Shown here: piece by piece, positions 9,006 through 19,050 of the stretch
How positions within the stretch are numbered: position 1 is the stretch's first letter
Layout: every line of letters starts with the position of its first letter
Source of the DNA: a virus
Lineage: Duplodnaviria; Caudoviricetes
Reading direction: 5' to 3' (one strand)
DNA length: 56,682 bases
IMG/VR virus record: IMGVR_UViG_3300022929_000030
Location: 1-56,682 of that record
Position numbers and translations under genes: made by a program
The notes under the pieces: model-generated
What the model was told of the DNA's origin: nothing
Seen by the model: the letters and a program-made list of their open reading frames with translations, nothing else
The model's database searches: none

Positions 9006-9494
9006 CTATTTACGAGGGCCACCGAAGGTTACACGAGATTGACGATCAGGGTTAGTAATCGTCATGGTTGAATGTGCATTCTCACGCAGCATATCATGGT
9101 CCACAGCTTGCATTTGATCGTTATTTCGCTGAGCAAAATAATCGCTCCGTTCTGCAACCGTTTCCAAAGGTATCCTTGCAAGAAGCAGTCCGCCTACCCC
9201 AAACACTCCTTCATATTTCCCTGTATCAACAACAGGCGCCTCAAAATCGGGGTATTCGTCCTGACGAACCAATTCCCAGCCTTCTCTGAGTTTCGCACTG
9301 ATATTCTTCCGATCATCAAAACCGCGTGTTTCCGCACGGATCCAACGATGTTTATAGCCTTCCGGCGCAGGGGGAGCATCAAGCATTGACGGGGGAGCCC
9401 ACGGCTTTCTAGCAGCCGTTTTTTCCCTAGTTTTGTTAGCGCGAGGCGCACGATCTATGCCCTCAAAACGATCTTTTTTCGTTGTATCTGACAT
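9006..9494 (-). CDS. Conserved head-module protein
   Basis: 162 aa PWAPPSMLDAPPAPEGYKHRWIR...LREGWELV...VGGLLLARIP. Confidence 0.75.
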   Translation of the reverse strand: MSDTTKKDRFEGIDRAPRANKTREKTAARKPWAPPSMLDAPPAPEGYKHRWIRAETRGFDDRKNISAKLREGWELVRQDEYPDFEAPVVDTGKYEGVFGVGGLLLARIPLETVAERSDYFAQRNNDQMQAVDHDMLRENAHSTMTITNPDRQSRVTFGGPRK

Positions 9495-9499
9495 ATTCG

Positions 9500-10411
9500 T
9501 TAATCCTTCACGTATTTCGCATATTCTTCTAGCGGCACACCCAATTTTTTAGCTATTGCAACTTGGGTCTGGGTGAGTTTGACCCTTCTACTGCGCCCAG
9601 AAGCATTACTTGCGCGGCTTACACCAGCGACCGTCTGAGCGGGCCGTTTGCTGGAACCGAGTTTCTGCGGAAACTCCGTCTGAAGTCTCCGGTCTAGTTC
9701 AGTATAGTAGGAATCATCCTGCGGGTCAAACCCTTCGTCCTCCACAAGCTTTTTGTGAATACCAAACGCTGCAAAAGTCATTGCTTGATCTTCTCCAAAC
9801 CACGAATTGCGCGTGGCCCAATCCTCGGCTTTTGCATCCGGACGACGCACTTGCTGCGGCTGTTGAATCGCCTGTTGTTGGGCTATTTGCTGTTGCTGCG
9901 CCGCTTGAGGGTTTTGAGCGCGCCATTGCGCCGCTTCCGCCTCCTGTCTTTTTCGCTGTTGCGCAACCTGTAGTTGCTGCGAACGGCCGTTTAGCTCATA
10001 CAATTGACGCTGGGCGGAAATAATGGCGTCCGAATCGCCAACTTCGATAGCCCTTTTTAACGTCGCTTCCGCTTGATTTGTCTCAATTTCAAGGCTTTTA
10101 CCAAATTGCTCAATGTAGCCATTATCTAATTGCTGCATTCGCGCCTTTAACTGCGTCGCCTCGTTTTGAATTTGTTGAGCTACGCGAATAGCTTCTTTTT
10201 CCCGCTTTTCCGCATCGCGCATTTTTTTAGTAAGCTGGTTAATGCGCTTCTGCGCGCCTTTAACCTCCTGCTCTTGCTCCGTTTCACCAGAACTTTCAGA
10301 TTCTTCCGAAGAAGAAAAAGACTCCGATTGAATTCGTGGCTCTTCTGTAACCTCTACCTCGGTAACTTCCGCCTCAGTAGCTTCCTGTTCAAGTTGTTCT
10401 GCTTCGGCCAT
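9500..10411 (-). CDS. Capsid scaffolding protein
   Basis: 303 aa with acidic N-terminus, coiled coil, and C-terminal LTQTQVAIAKKLGVPLEEYAKY; upstream of the capsid genes. Confidence 0.75.
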   Translation of the reverse strand: MAEAEQLEQEATEAEVTEVEVTEEPRIQSESFSSSEESESSGETEQEQEVKGAQKRINQLTKKMRDAEKREKEAIRVAQQIQNEATQLKARMQQLDNGYIEQFGKSLEIETNQAEATLKRAIEVGDSDAIISAQRQLYELNGRSQQLQVAQQRKRQEAEAAQWRAQNPQAAQQQQIAQQQAIQQPQQVRRPDAKAEDWATRNSWFGEDQAMTFAAFGIHKKLVEDEGFDPQDDSYYTELDRRLQTEFPQKLGSSKRPAQTVAGVSRASNASGRSRRVKLTQTQVAIAKKLGVPLEEYAKYVKD

Positions 10412-10421
10412 TCCGCCCTCC

Positions 10422-10871
10422 TTACAAGCTTATGATATCTTCGGGATCTGAAATAACCCCAAGAATTTCATCGTCGTTAATAATACGGACTTCGCCGCCT
10501 TCAATACGAAACCTAGATCCCGCATATCGTGCGAAAATTACCCAGTCCCCGGCCTTACACCATGGACCATCCGGAAACTTATCCGCATCTTTATAACAAA
10601 GAGATCCTTGTTTCATCACGTATCCCACTACGGTAGAAACCTGACCATCTTCAACAACCTTGTCTGGAAGATACAACCCCCCGGAAGTCTGACCTTTTCC
10701 CCGGTATGGAAGTACAAGCATTCGCCATCCGCTTGGAGAAGGCATTCGTTCTAAAAGGCTTTGATCCGCTTTTGTCGGATCTAAAACGCGTTCTTCTGGT
10801 GCGACATACATTGCCTCAACACCAGCTTTCGCGGCATCTAAATCTACCGCGGCAAATGATTTAGTCATCAA
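10422..10871 (-). CDS. groES: Co-chaperonin GroES-like protein
   Basis: PSGWRMLVLP...TSGGLYLPD...GDWVIFARYAG...IINDDEILG matches the Cpn10 pattern. Confidence 0.9.
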   Translation of the reverse strand: MMTKSFAAVDLDAAKAGVEAMYVAPEERVLDPTKADQSLLERMPSPSGWRMLVLPYRGKGQTSGGLYLPDKVVEDGQVSTVVGYVMKQGSLCYKDADKFPDGPWCKAGDWVIFARYAGSRFRIEGGEVRIINDDEILGVISDPEDIISL

Positions 10872-11058
10872 ATTGCTCCTGTTTTTCTAGTAGGCCCGAG
10901 AGTTCCTGAGAGATAAAGTTTAAAGCATTAAGTTCGCCCATGCACAGCTGATAATGCTCCATGTTCTTAATTCCATTGTTTTCCAACAAATCAAGAACCA
11001 TTGTTTTGCGTTCTTTTACAGAACGTTGCACGAATTGTACGACTGCAATGTCGTCCAT
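10861..11058 (-). CDS. Small conserved hypothetical protein
   Basis: MDDIAVVQFVQ...MEHYQLCMGELNAL; overlaps the groES start. Confidence 0.65.
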   Translation of the reverse strand: MDDIAVVQFVQRSVKERKTMVLDLLENNGIKNMEHYQLCMGELNALNFISQELSGLLEKQEQFDD

Positions 11059-11132
11059 AGTTGAGTACCACACGTTATCCTACATCATACGATGTTTATC
11101 TAACATGTCTTATACATTTGTACCAGAACTTT

Positions 11133-11597
11133 TTAGCCTTTTTGGAAGTGAGGCATGTCCACAAAGGGCGTGCGGCCCTGTTTGCGCCGAACGTCTACAT
11201 ACGCGTTGTATGCGTCCAGCATTGTACCATCCCACTCTAGGATGTTGTCAATGTGCCAAGCACCTCCCCATTTAAGCTGCTTAATGCCCATATCCTTAGC
11301 TGTTTTTACAATAGCATCGCCAACATCATCATAAAACTTTAACTCCCAACAAACTTTCGGACCCAAAAACACCATGAAATCAAAAGCCATTCCATCCAAA
11401 TGCTTGCTTTTCATAGTTTTTGAAGCCCCGGAATCCACAAGGGACCGCTGCTCCTCTATCGTTCTCAAACCGCCAAGGTGGGGAATGCCAAAATCATACG
11501 GCGTATTATGAATGGCAGTGCGAACCAAAGTGTATAACTCTTCATCAATACCTTCGATGCGATCCAGACTACGCTGGCTTAATTTAAAATTACTCAT
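11133..11597 (-). CDS. Endolysin, peptidase M15 (L-Ala-D-Glu peptidase-like)
   Basis: MSNFKLSQRSL...GLRTIEEQ...SKHLDGMAFD...WGGAW...DMPHFQ contains the SxHxxGxAxD and DxxH Zn ligands. True start is probably 11597 (GAGG RBS). Confidence 0.88.
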   Translation of the reverse strand: MSNFKLSQRSLDRIEGIDEELYTLVRTAIHNTPYDFGIPHLGGLRTIEEQRSLVDSGASKTMKSKHLDGMAFDFMVFLGPKVCWELKFYDDVGDAIVKTAKDMGIKQLKWGGAWHIDNILEWDGTMLDAYNAYVDVRRKQGRTPFVDMPHFQKG

Positions 11598-11598
11598 A

Positions 11599-11985
11599 TC
11601 ATTTCCTCTTAAAGAAGGCTTGCGCCCCGCGCACACCGAAACTCGCTGAAATTGCAATTCCAAGGCTGTAAAAATACCAGTCCGGAGCTTTTGAAAGCTG
11701 CGCAAACCCACGGTCAACCCAACCTTCTGCTCCCGGAATCCAACATAAAATCAATGGGATAGACAAGATCACAACAAACCATTCATCCTTCCAACTTGAC
11801 TTTGCGCCCTCTGCCATAATGCGCTCCCAGTCGGCAACGCTTGTCTCTTTTGACAATAATATCTGGGCTTTCGCCTTTGCCTCAGTAAGTTTTAGCTCCG
11901 CTTCGGCTGCGTTCTTATCGGCTTTACCTTGTAGCCATGATCCAGCAAGATTGGCTATCGGGCCTAAAAAAGATTGTATCATCAA
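11599..11985 (-). CDS. Putative holin
   Basis: 128 aa with SSWKDEW and two hydrophobic helices; adjacent to the endolysin. Confidence 0.55.
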   Translation of the reverse strand: MMIQSFLGPIANLAGSWLQGKADKNAAEAELKLTEAKAKAQILLSKETSVADWERIMAEGAKSSWKDEWFVVILSIPLILCWIPGAEGWVDRGFAQLSKAPDWYFYSLGIAISASFGVRGAQAFFKRK

Positions 11986-12067
11986 TTACCCTTCATCCAT
12001 TCAATTATAAGCACCAAAATTAACGCGCACGTTACGGTGCCTAAAAAAGATTGTAAAAATATCTGAG

Positions 12068-12256
12068 TCATTTCTCCGAACCCAGCCACACGGCGAACGC
12101 GCCTGTCATGGCTCCAGAACAGACGCTAATCATTGCAGATTGTTGCGTAGACAAGTCTTCGAGACTCATTCCCCACTCAATTACGCGGATGTACATGATT
12201 GTCATAACCAACATCATAAGACGCGGCATAATCTTCCAAGCTAGTAATTTTTCCAT
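12068..12256 (-). CDS. Small two-TM membrane protein (lysis region)
   Basis: 62 aa with two hydrophobic segments; GAGG RBS. Confidence 0.6.
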   Translation of the reverse strand: MEKLLAWKIMPRLMMLVMTIMYIRVIEWGMSLEDLSTQQSAMISVCSGAMTGAFAVWLGSEK

Positions 12257-12257
12257 G

Positions 12258-12512
12258 TCAAACCTCTATGTTTAACTTCGTTCCCTGCGGTCGATCCGCA
12301 TTAGTCTTGCGCCCAAACCTATCATAACTTTCCTGTAAGTCCAATCGTTGCTTTACAAGAGCCTCTAAATGCCTGTGGTTGGCCCTGTGTTCTTTTTCCA
12401 CACGTTGCTCTACCAAATGCGTTTCTATGCGCTCACGCGCCCTTGTTTGGGCGTGTATGTCGCTTCCTACGTTAAAAGGAGCAGATCCTATGCCACTCGT
12501 ACCATCAGCCAT
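12258..12512 (-). CDS. Hypothetical protein
   Basis: 84 aa, tightly packed with neighbours. Confidence 0.6.
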   Translation of the reverse strand: MADGTSGIGSAPFNVGSDIHAQTRARERIETHLVEQRVEKEHRANHRHLEALVKQRLDLQESYDRFGRKTNADRPQGTKLNIEV

Positions 12513-12972
12513 TTGCCAATTTGTCCACGCCCCAAATCATCCCGGCGGTTCCCGCCAAAAAAACTGTAATACCTATCGCCAATGAAATACCCCAAAACAA
12601 CCTGTCTCGGGCGGCTGCGCGCGCCTCTAACGCTTCCTTTTGACGTTTTCTTGCTTCAGCTTGCTCACGCACCACCAAGTCCCACATGCCCGGAGGACCG
12701 TACAACATGCAATGGCTGCGAAGAGTGTCCATAGCTTCTTTGTGCGCCATTTTAGCTTGCGCTATAGCAAAGCCTTCTTCCTCGCTAGACGTAAGCCGCC
12801 CCAACGGGCCCTTATGCTTGCCTTTTTCAGCAAGATTAATATCCGCCTCTAGTTTAGCCAATTTACCAAAATGAGGCATGAGACTGTTTAAGTCTTTGCC
12901 CGCCTGAACCGCGGAGCTTATGCCGCCCGCTAATTTAGTAACTGCGCCGGCTAATGCTAATACCTCAATCAT
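12505..12972 (-). CDS. Hypothetical membrane-anchored protein
   Basis: 155 aa with a C-terminal TM helix (LFWGISLAIGITVFLAG). Confidence 0.65.
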   Translation of the reverse strand: MIEVLALAGAVTKLAGGISSAVQAGKDLNSLMPHFGKLAKLEADINLAEKGKHKGPLGRLTSSEEEGFAIAQAKMAHKEAMDTLRSHCMLYGPPGMWDLVVREQAEARKRQKEALEARAAARDRLFWGISLAIGITVFLAGTAGMIWGVDKLANG

Positions 12973-13148
12973 ACGCGTTCACCTATCTTAACAGACGGCG
13001 GGCAAGGATACCCATACGGCACTCTTATAACACGAGGATAGTGATAATAGAAGAAAGACACTTCTCGGGGGCAGCGATATATGCACGCAGTGTACAAGTC
13101 CCCGTAAGTATAAACCCCCACCAACATGGCAGTAAGGGCGCAAATCAT
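12969..13148 (-). CDS. 59-aa Cys/Tyr-rich small protein
   Basis: Hand-translated: MICALTAMLVGVYTYGDLYTACIYRCPREVSFFYYHYPRVIRVPYGYPCPPSVKIGERV*. ATGA overlaps with both neighbours. Confidence 0.65.
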   Translation of the reverse strand: MICALTAMLVGVYTYGDLYTACIYRCPREVSFFYYHYPRVIRVPYGYPCPPSVKIGERV

Positions 13149-13378
13149 CTCTCTAGTATTCTGTCCATTTTTGCGTCGAGAGCATCTAACCTAGCGATAA
13201 CTCGGTCGATGGACGTATTGCTCTCGACTTTCGTAGAATATTCCTTGGCAAGTTCCTCCCTCGTTCGATTAAGAAGAATTTGCACACGTTTTAATTCGTC
13301 ATGCTGCGCCTTAGCCCACCAAACTACAAAGCCTAAAACAGCGGTTAATCCTGAACTCCAAAGCGCCTCCATTTCCAT
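13145..13378 (-). CDS. Small N-terminal TM plus coiled-coil protein
   Basis: 77 aa, LLNRTREELAKEY...RLDALDAKMD. Confidence 0.7.
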   Translation of the reverse strand: MEMEALWSSGLTAVLGFVVWWAKAQHDELKRVQILLNRTREELAKEYSTKVESNTSIDRVIARLDALDAKMDRILER

Positions 13379-13575
13379 TAAAAAACACCCTTAAATCTTT
13401 GTGGACGAGCAATCGGACTAAAACCCTTTACCATTCCACCCTTTGCCATTTTTTTAGGCTTTTTTGCTTTGTCTAACGCTATAGCCACCGCCTGCTTTTG
13501 CGGGCGACCCTCCGATTTTAACTTTCGGATATTGCTACTTACCGTAGCCGGATTAGAACCTCGACGTAACGGCAT
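13378..13575 (-). CDS. Small basic virion-associated protein
   Basis: 65 aa MPLRRGS...SSNI...QKQAVAIAL...MAKGGMV. Confidence 0.7.
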   Translation of the reverse strand: MPLRRGSNPATVSSNIRKLKSEGRPQKQAVAIALDKAKKPKKMAKGGMVKGFSPIARPQRFKGVF

Positions 13576-13776
13576 TTAACAAGAAGAAAACTTACCGCCA
13601 CGTAACATGGCGCCCATGCCACGAGAAGTGCCCATGGTTTTAATGCCCTTAGCCGTGTTTGGCGTTTTTTCATCCACAATCTTGGCATAAGGGATGCTGC
13701 CTTGACCTTTAATTTCCGCTTTATTTACAGGGGCCGGGGCTTTCGCCGGTGGGGCGCCGTTTACTTTTACCTTCAT
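13576..13776 (-). CDS. Small basic virion-associated protein
   Basis: 66 aa ending RGMGAMLRGGKF; GGAG RBS. Confidence 0.65.
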   Translation of the reverse strand: MKVKVNGAPPAKAPAPVNKAEIKGQGSIPYAKIVDEKTPNTAKGIKTMGTSRGMGAMLRGGKFSSC

Positions 13777-13778
13777 AA

Positions 13779-16226
13779 TTATCTCCGTTGCTGCTGTTGC
13801 GCTTGCAAGCGTAGTATCTCACGTTCCGCACTTGCTTGCAATTTTTGGTTAGCCATACGCTCTTGTTGTTGCATACGTTGCTGGAATTCTTGCGATCTGT
13901 TCTGCGCTTTCTGCTGGTCAAGCTGCAATTCGGCTTGATCGTTGGCAATGTCCGCTTGAACTTGCTGTTGCTTGATCTGCATCTCTTGTTCTTTGAGCGC
14001 AACCAACGGATCCGGGCCTTCCTGACCCTCGCCCGCAATCTGCGCAGAAAGCTGCTTTACATTCTGCATTTCCGTAGCAACTTGCTGTGCAATCAACTTT
14101 TCCAACTGTTGCTGTATTTCGGGCGTCAAGTTTTGCGCATTTAACTGCTGCGCATACTGTGCCTGAACCGTTTCCTGCGCCTTAATCTTAGCATGTTCCA
14201 TAATGTGCTTTTGCAAAGCTACTGCCACCGCCGGCTGTTGGGAGGCAATGGGAGAAGACCCGAAGACCAAATGCGCCATAACATGCGCCTCGTGATCCTG
14301 ACCCGCAAACGCACGCAACTCCACTTGATCCAACGCGTCAATGTTTTCGGTTGCCGGATCTTTGGGCTGAGCCTCCTGTGCAGGCTTCGGTTTAAGAATT
14401 TTATCCACATCCCGAACACCCAACGCCTGATACATGCGCCGATACGCCTCGTGCATGTCATGCAATTCTGGAGCCTGCATTGCCAGCTGCATTTGAGTCT
14501 GTGCTAAAGCAATACGTTGCGCCTGACTAAAAATATTTGGATCCGAAACAGGAACAATGTCTATACGATCATCAAAATCCTTGGCCATAACCTCTTGGTC
14601 GCCACCCGCAACCGAAAACGGATACCGTTGCGGCAAGCTTTCAGACATTACACGCGCCAAAAGCTTAAATTCGTTCTTCATAGCATAGTGCAAACGCTTA
14701 TGAACGGCGCTCATTACCCGCGCACCCTGCTCCAACATAGCTACCGTTGTACCAACCGCAGCCTGTTGATTGCCGTCGCCAACCTTCATGTCCGTAATAG
14801 TGGCAAAACGTTGTCCCGCCTGAACCACAAAACCCAATAACTGGAACAATGTAGAGTCCGGGCCCTTGAACGGAAGGGGCATCAAACTGTCCCGTATGGC
14901 CCCTCCGGGACTGTCTACGTCCCTAAACTCGCCCGGCTGTAATGGCTCTGCATCTTCCCTAATCCGCAGCCCACGGGCTTTAAAGCCGGCAGGAAGATTA
15001 GACAATGTGCCCGCGTCAATAAGCTGCCGCAACGCCGCCGTGGCAGTGCGAGACAAGCCGCCAATAGTGTGAATAAGCCCCAAACCATAAAAGCCAAAGC
15101 CCGGAAGAAACTTATAATGCACAAAATACTGTATTTTGCGCCGATTTTCATCATCTTCAGAATAATTCCGGCGAATAGATAGAATTTGACCCACATCCTC
15201 GGCCACCGTGACAATATACGGCACCATAATGCCCGTGGGCTCCCCTTCTTCGTCCATATCCTCAAAGCCCGGAAGCTCCAAATCTACGTGGAATTCCAAC
15301 AAAGTAACGTCATAATCAATGTTTGAAGGCCGCATACCGTCAATATTATCTACAGTATCCGTCGTATCTGTCGCAGGAGCCTGCGAAGGATGTACCGGAA
15401 TATCCCGGTAAAACCCGTTTAATTGCATCTTGCGCAGGTTATTCCACTGCATTCTAACGATCTGAGCCGCAAAAGGCGTCGTTTCCATGTCCGCAGCGTC
15501 ATAAGGCACCACCAAATGCTCCGCAGGAACAAATTTACTGACTACCCGGTCTAATGTACCGTCAAAATACACCTTCTTAAACGTCGATCCCGCCAACGGA
15601 AGGTAAAACAACATCTGATCCGTGTCCGGAGTGTACTCCTCCATCACATTGGTCAGATAATAATTCATAAATTCCTTAACGCGCTTAGATTGAGCCTCTT
15701 TTTCCTGCGTTAATTCACCCATAATCTGCGTTCTTACCGGCCCCTCGGCCGGCAAAAGCTCATTAAACGCTTGCGCTTGAAATTGTGTGGCCGCCTCTGC
15801 AAGCAATGGGTGTGTTACACCCGTCGCCCCACGAAAAGGTTGTGTTCTTTCCTCGTATTTAAAGCCTAAAAGCTCCAAACCCTTGTTATACTCGTCTTCC
15901 CAATCCCCGCGGCTTTCTCTAGCCGACTCATATTGCGATAAAAGGTCCGAAGCTATGCCGCCAAGGTCGGAATCAGACAAATCTTCCGCCAAATTAGAGA
16001 AAAAATCACCCCCGCCAACAACTTTTGACGCCTCCGGGTCAAAATCAACCACTACACCGCCGTCTTCAGCGTCAATAATGTCAATTCCATCCGCATAAGG
16101 CTGCGAAGAAGACACCAAAGCACCCGGCATCTCTATCTCAATGTCCGTAATTGCCTCTTCAAGCGCCGGGTCGCTGTTTTCACGCTCCACAAACGACGCA
16201 ACAGGGTTTCTGGGTGGTAATGCCAT
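13779..16226 (-). CDS. Portal protein
   Basis: 815 aa, GVTHPLLAEAATQFQAQA...LPLAGSTFKKVY...FYGLGLIH...LRQLIDAGTLSNLPAGFKARG, with a long C-terminal Q-rich coil (P22-like barrel). Confidence 0.88.
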   Translation of the reverse strand: MALPPRNPVASFVERENSDPALEEAITDIEIEMPGALVSSSQPYADGIDIIDAEDGGVVVDFDPEASKVVGGGDFFSNLAEDLSDSDLGGIASDLLSQYESARESRGDWEDEYNKGLELLGFKYEERTQPFRGATGVTHPLLAEAATQFQAQAFNELLPAEGPVRTQIMGELTQEKEAQSKRVKEFMNYYLTNVMEEYTPDTDQMLFYLPLAGSTFKKVYFDGTLDRVVSKFVPAEHLVVPYDAADMETTPFAAQIVRMQWNNLRKMQLNGFYRDIPVHPSQAPATDTTDTVDNIDGMRPSNIDYDVTLLEFHVDLELPGFEDMDEEGEPTGIMVPYIVTVAEDVGQILSIRRNYSEDDENRRKIQYFVHYKFLPGFGFYGLGLIHTIGGLSRTATAALRQLIDAGTLSNLPAGFKARGLRIREDAEPLQPGEFRDVDSPGGAIRDSLMPLPFKGPDSTLFQLLGFVVQAGQRFATITDMKVGDGNQQAAVGTTVAMLEQGARVMSAVHKRLHYAMKNEFKLLARVMSESLPQRYPFSVAGGDQEVMAKDFDDRIDIVPVSDPNIFSQAQRIALAQTQMQLAMQAPELHDMHEAYRRMYQALGVRDVDKILKPKPAQEAQPKDPATENIDALDQVELRAFAGQDHEAHVMAHLVFGSSPIASQQPAVAVALQKHIMEHAKIKAQETVQAQYAQQLNAQNLTPEIQQQLEKLIAQQVATEMQNVKQLSAQIAGEGQEGPDPLVALKEQEMQIKQQQVQADIANDQAELQLDQQKAQNRSQEFQQRMQQQERMANQKLQASAEREILRLQAQQQQRR

Positions 16227-16275
16227 GTGTTATCTCCAAGATTGCGCCTAAACTAGCACGTAAACCTCTATTTTA

Positions 16276-19050
16276 CTAGCGGAACATATTCCGGGCCGTC
16301 CCGTTTAAGCCCCCAATACCCGAAAGTGCATCCTGCGCCATGTTCTCAGGTGAATATTTCTCATACAAACTCTCCGCAGGAGGCACAACAACAGGCTGAC
16401 CCGTAACCTGATCTATCCTAACCTCCGCCGCACCCGTCGGAGTAGGTCGTGCCGTGGGCCGCGGACCCATTTCCGCGTATATCGGATTGACCCGCGCGGA
16501 CCCCGGACCACTATACATTACCATATCACTGCTGGCAGGCTCCAAAATCGTCTCCATAGCCGAAAATGACGCCGGAGACTGCTTAAACGCCGCCATTTCA
16601 CGCGGCTCATTCGGATTTACCCCCTGAACCGCCGCCACAACTTTAAGGGGATACCCCCTGTTTTCCTCACTAAGTGCAGACAACGGCTTGCCAGACGCTT
16701 TAAACTCCGCAAACTTGCCCGGACCAGCGTTATAGGCGCGTAAAGCATCCTCAGTCCGAGGAAACTTCTCCAACATCGCTTGCAAATACTGCGAACCCAA
16801 CTCAACATTAACTTCAGGTACAAACAACAATTGCCGTACCACCCTGTCACTCTTGTCATCAGTGTCATAACCAAGCCTTTCCGCAATCGTAAAAATATCT
16901 TCCACACCATAACCCGGCTTGCGGGCCGTGGAAGGACGTATCTGCATTAAACCTAACGCACCACTGCGCGTATTCTCCGCCTTCGGATCCCCCGAACTCT
17001 CCGCCATCACAACACCCTTAACAAGCGTTTGCAAAAAGTTCTTATCTACCTCACCACCATTTTTAAAGTTTTGAACCTGCGACGTATTTCGCTGAATAGT
17101 TTTGTTCCGCTCGTTAATTATATCCGCATATCGTTGCGCAGCCATTGCCTGTTCCGCAAACGTCGTAATGCCTTCCGGAGTGTTTTGCGGACCTTCGTTT
17201 AAATAGCGTTCTATTTCCGCACGGCCCTCTGTTTCCCTAAAAGCTTCCATAGACGTTGGAGACGGAGTAAATTTCTTGATGGATAAATCCGGACCAAAAG
17301 CTTGTTCTCCAGACATAGCGTTTTCGCGCACCGCATTTTGCATTAAAAGTAATCGCTCGGCAGGCGTTCTTGGCCGGCGCTCTTCGCGGTCAAAGGTAAA
17401 AAGAGGCGCATTAGGGTTGCTTAAAAAATACTGCGCACCACGGTTGATTGTTTCATCCTTTTCAAAACCCTCCGCAATTTTTTCATGCGCGTAACCAGAA
17501 TACTCAAAATCAGGATCGTTCACACGACGCTGACGGTCTTGCTGTTGGTCTAACTTATACAGTTCGAGAATTTTTAAATAATCTTCTTTAGATAAACCTA
17601 ACTTTTTTGCGGTAGGATACCCCTGTTCTACAATACGAAAAAGCCTTTCTAAACCACGATGCCGCATTTCATGCGCCGCAACTCCTTTTGAAGAATAATC
17701 TCCCGGACTAATTAATATCCTATCGTTGTTAGGGTTAAAATGAGAACCCTCCAACCTATTCTTTGAACGATCATACATCATGTCGTAATCAATTTTATTA
17801 ACGTCAAAACCCATTTTTGCCAACGGGTCCATATGCGGCTCTAAATCAGCGCGATACTCAATATCACCCAACGACGCATGGTCCACAACCCGACTAGCCG
17901 TGTCCACAACAGAACCACCATTGGCCATGTACTGCACATAACTGCCAATACCCCGCGGGCCGCGAGTCATGGCCCGCGCTGTCTCGTTTAAACTGCCAAT
18001 GCCAGACATAACTTCGCCGCCTTCTGCAAAACCGTCCGTTTTTCGGTAATAACCCTCGCGCATAGGAGTAATGTATTGTGGAAACTTCCTATCCGAAACT
18101 TCTCCTGTAGCAAAATCGCTAAACACAGTGCCGCCTCTGGACCGAATTTCTTCCGGCGTTTCTTTTGGTTTACGCAACCGCTGCTCTAAACCAAGCTCCG
18201 AAAAAGAATACGTTTGACCACTTTGAAGACCCCCAGTGTCTAATGTAGCCGGGCGCATCACTTCAATTCCGGCGGCCCGCGGTTTCGCTTTGGTCGTCAC
18301 CACAACAGGAACTTCGGGAATTCCTAACTCAATAGCCGCCTGTAACCGATGATGCCCCTCGCTAATACTTATTCCCCCGTCAGATAAAACTACTTCTACC
18401 TCAATGGGCTCTTTTATGCCTTCGTTAAAAATATTTTCTTTAAGGGTTTCCTGACCCGAAGCATCAAACTTTTCCTGCAAAAAAGGGTTTTCGCTAAGAT
18501 TCCCACTAGGTAAATCACCCCCAAACTTACCAACATCGTAGCGAGGAAAATTAAATTGAGCCACGTTGTCCGCAATGGTCTGCGTATCAACATACTCTAC
18601 CTTGGGGTTGTCAAAAGCCCGCTTTGGATGCGGTATTTTTTCCCGCTCCGCCGTTTCCAAAACCTGCTTGTTTATCTCGTTTGCACTCTTATTATCCGCT
18701 TTGCCCGAAAGAATAATACCGTCGATCTTTTCCGCAGGAATAATTTCAGATTTTCGCTTGTTTAAAAATTCCGATACAAAGTCCGGAGTCTTGCGAGCCA
18801 TCGTCTTAACCGCAGGACCAATCGCCGGCGCATAACCCAGCACCTCCGCTAAACTCATAAGACCCATTTGTAAATAATTAGGATCGTCCTGACGACCCTC
18901 CTGAACTATCTCCGATACCGCGTCCGCCGTACCAACAGGAGTAAAAGCTAACGCCTGATCCGCTACCCCAACACTCGCAGGCCGATCCTCGCGATAAGAC
19001 CCGTATAATGGATGAAACCGTTCAAAAAAACCTTCTGTATTAGCCATCAA
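16276..19050 (-). CDS. Multidomain internal virion protein: ParB-like domain, HExxH zincin-like domain, lytic transglycosylase (SLT)
   Basis: ParB/Srx-type motif GIKEPIEV...EGHHRLQAA...EVPVVV; HEMRH; SLT motifs AESSGDPKA...GALGLMQI...AYNAGPG. Confidence 0.8.
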   Translation of the reverse strand: MMANTEGFFERFHPLYGSYREDRPASVGVADQALAFTPVGTADAVSEIVQEGRQDDPNYLQMGLMSLAEVLGYAPAIGPAVKTMARKTPDFVSEFLNKRKSEIIPAEKIDGIILSGKADNKSANEINKQVLETAEREKIPHPKRAFDNPKVEYVDTQTIADNVAQFNFPRYDVGKFGGDLPSGNLSENPFLQEKFDASGQETLKENIFNEGIKEPIEVEVVLSDGGISISEGHHRLQAAIELGIPEVPVVVTTKAKPRAAGIEVMRPATLDTGGLQSGQTYSFSELGLEQRLRKPKETPEEIRSRGGTVFSDFATGEVSDRKFPQYITPMREGYYRKTDGFAEGGEVMSGIGSLNETARAMTRGPRGIGSYVQYMANGGSVVDTASRVVDHASLGDIEYRADLEPHMDPLAKMGFDVNKIDYDMMYDRSKNRLEGSHFNPNNDRILISPGDYSSKGVAAHEMRHRGLERLFRIVEQGYPTAKKLGLSKEDYLKILELYKLDQQQDRQRRVNDPDFEYSGYAHEKIAEGFEKDETINRGAQYFLSNPNAPLFTFDREERRPRTPAERLLLMQNAVRENAMSGEQAFGPDLSIKKFTPSPTSMEAFRETEGRAEIERYLNEGPQNTPEGITTFAEQAMAAQRYADIINERNKTIQRNTSQVQNFKNGGEVDKNFLQTLVKGVVMAESSGDPKAENTRSGALGLMQIRPSTARKPGYGVEDIFTIAERLGYDTDDKSDRVVRQLLFVPEVNVELGSQYLQAMLEKFPRTEDALRAYNAGPGKFAEFKASGKPLSALSEENRGYPLKVVAAVQGVNPNEPREMAAFKQSPASFSAMETILEPASSDMVMYSGPGSARVNPIYAEMGPRPTARPTPTGAAEVRIDQVTGQPVVVPPAESLYEKYSPENMAQDALSGIGGLNGTARNMFR

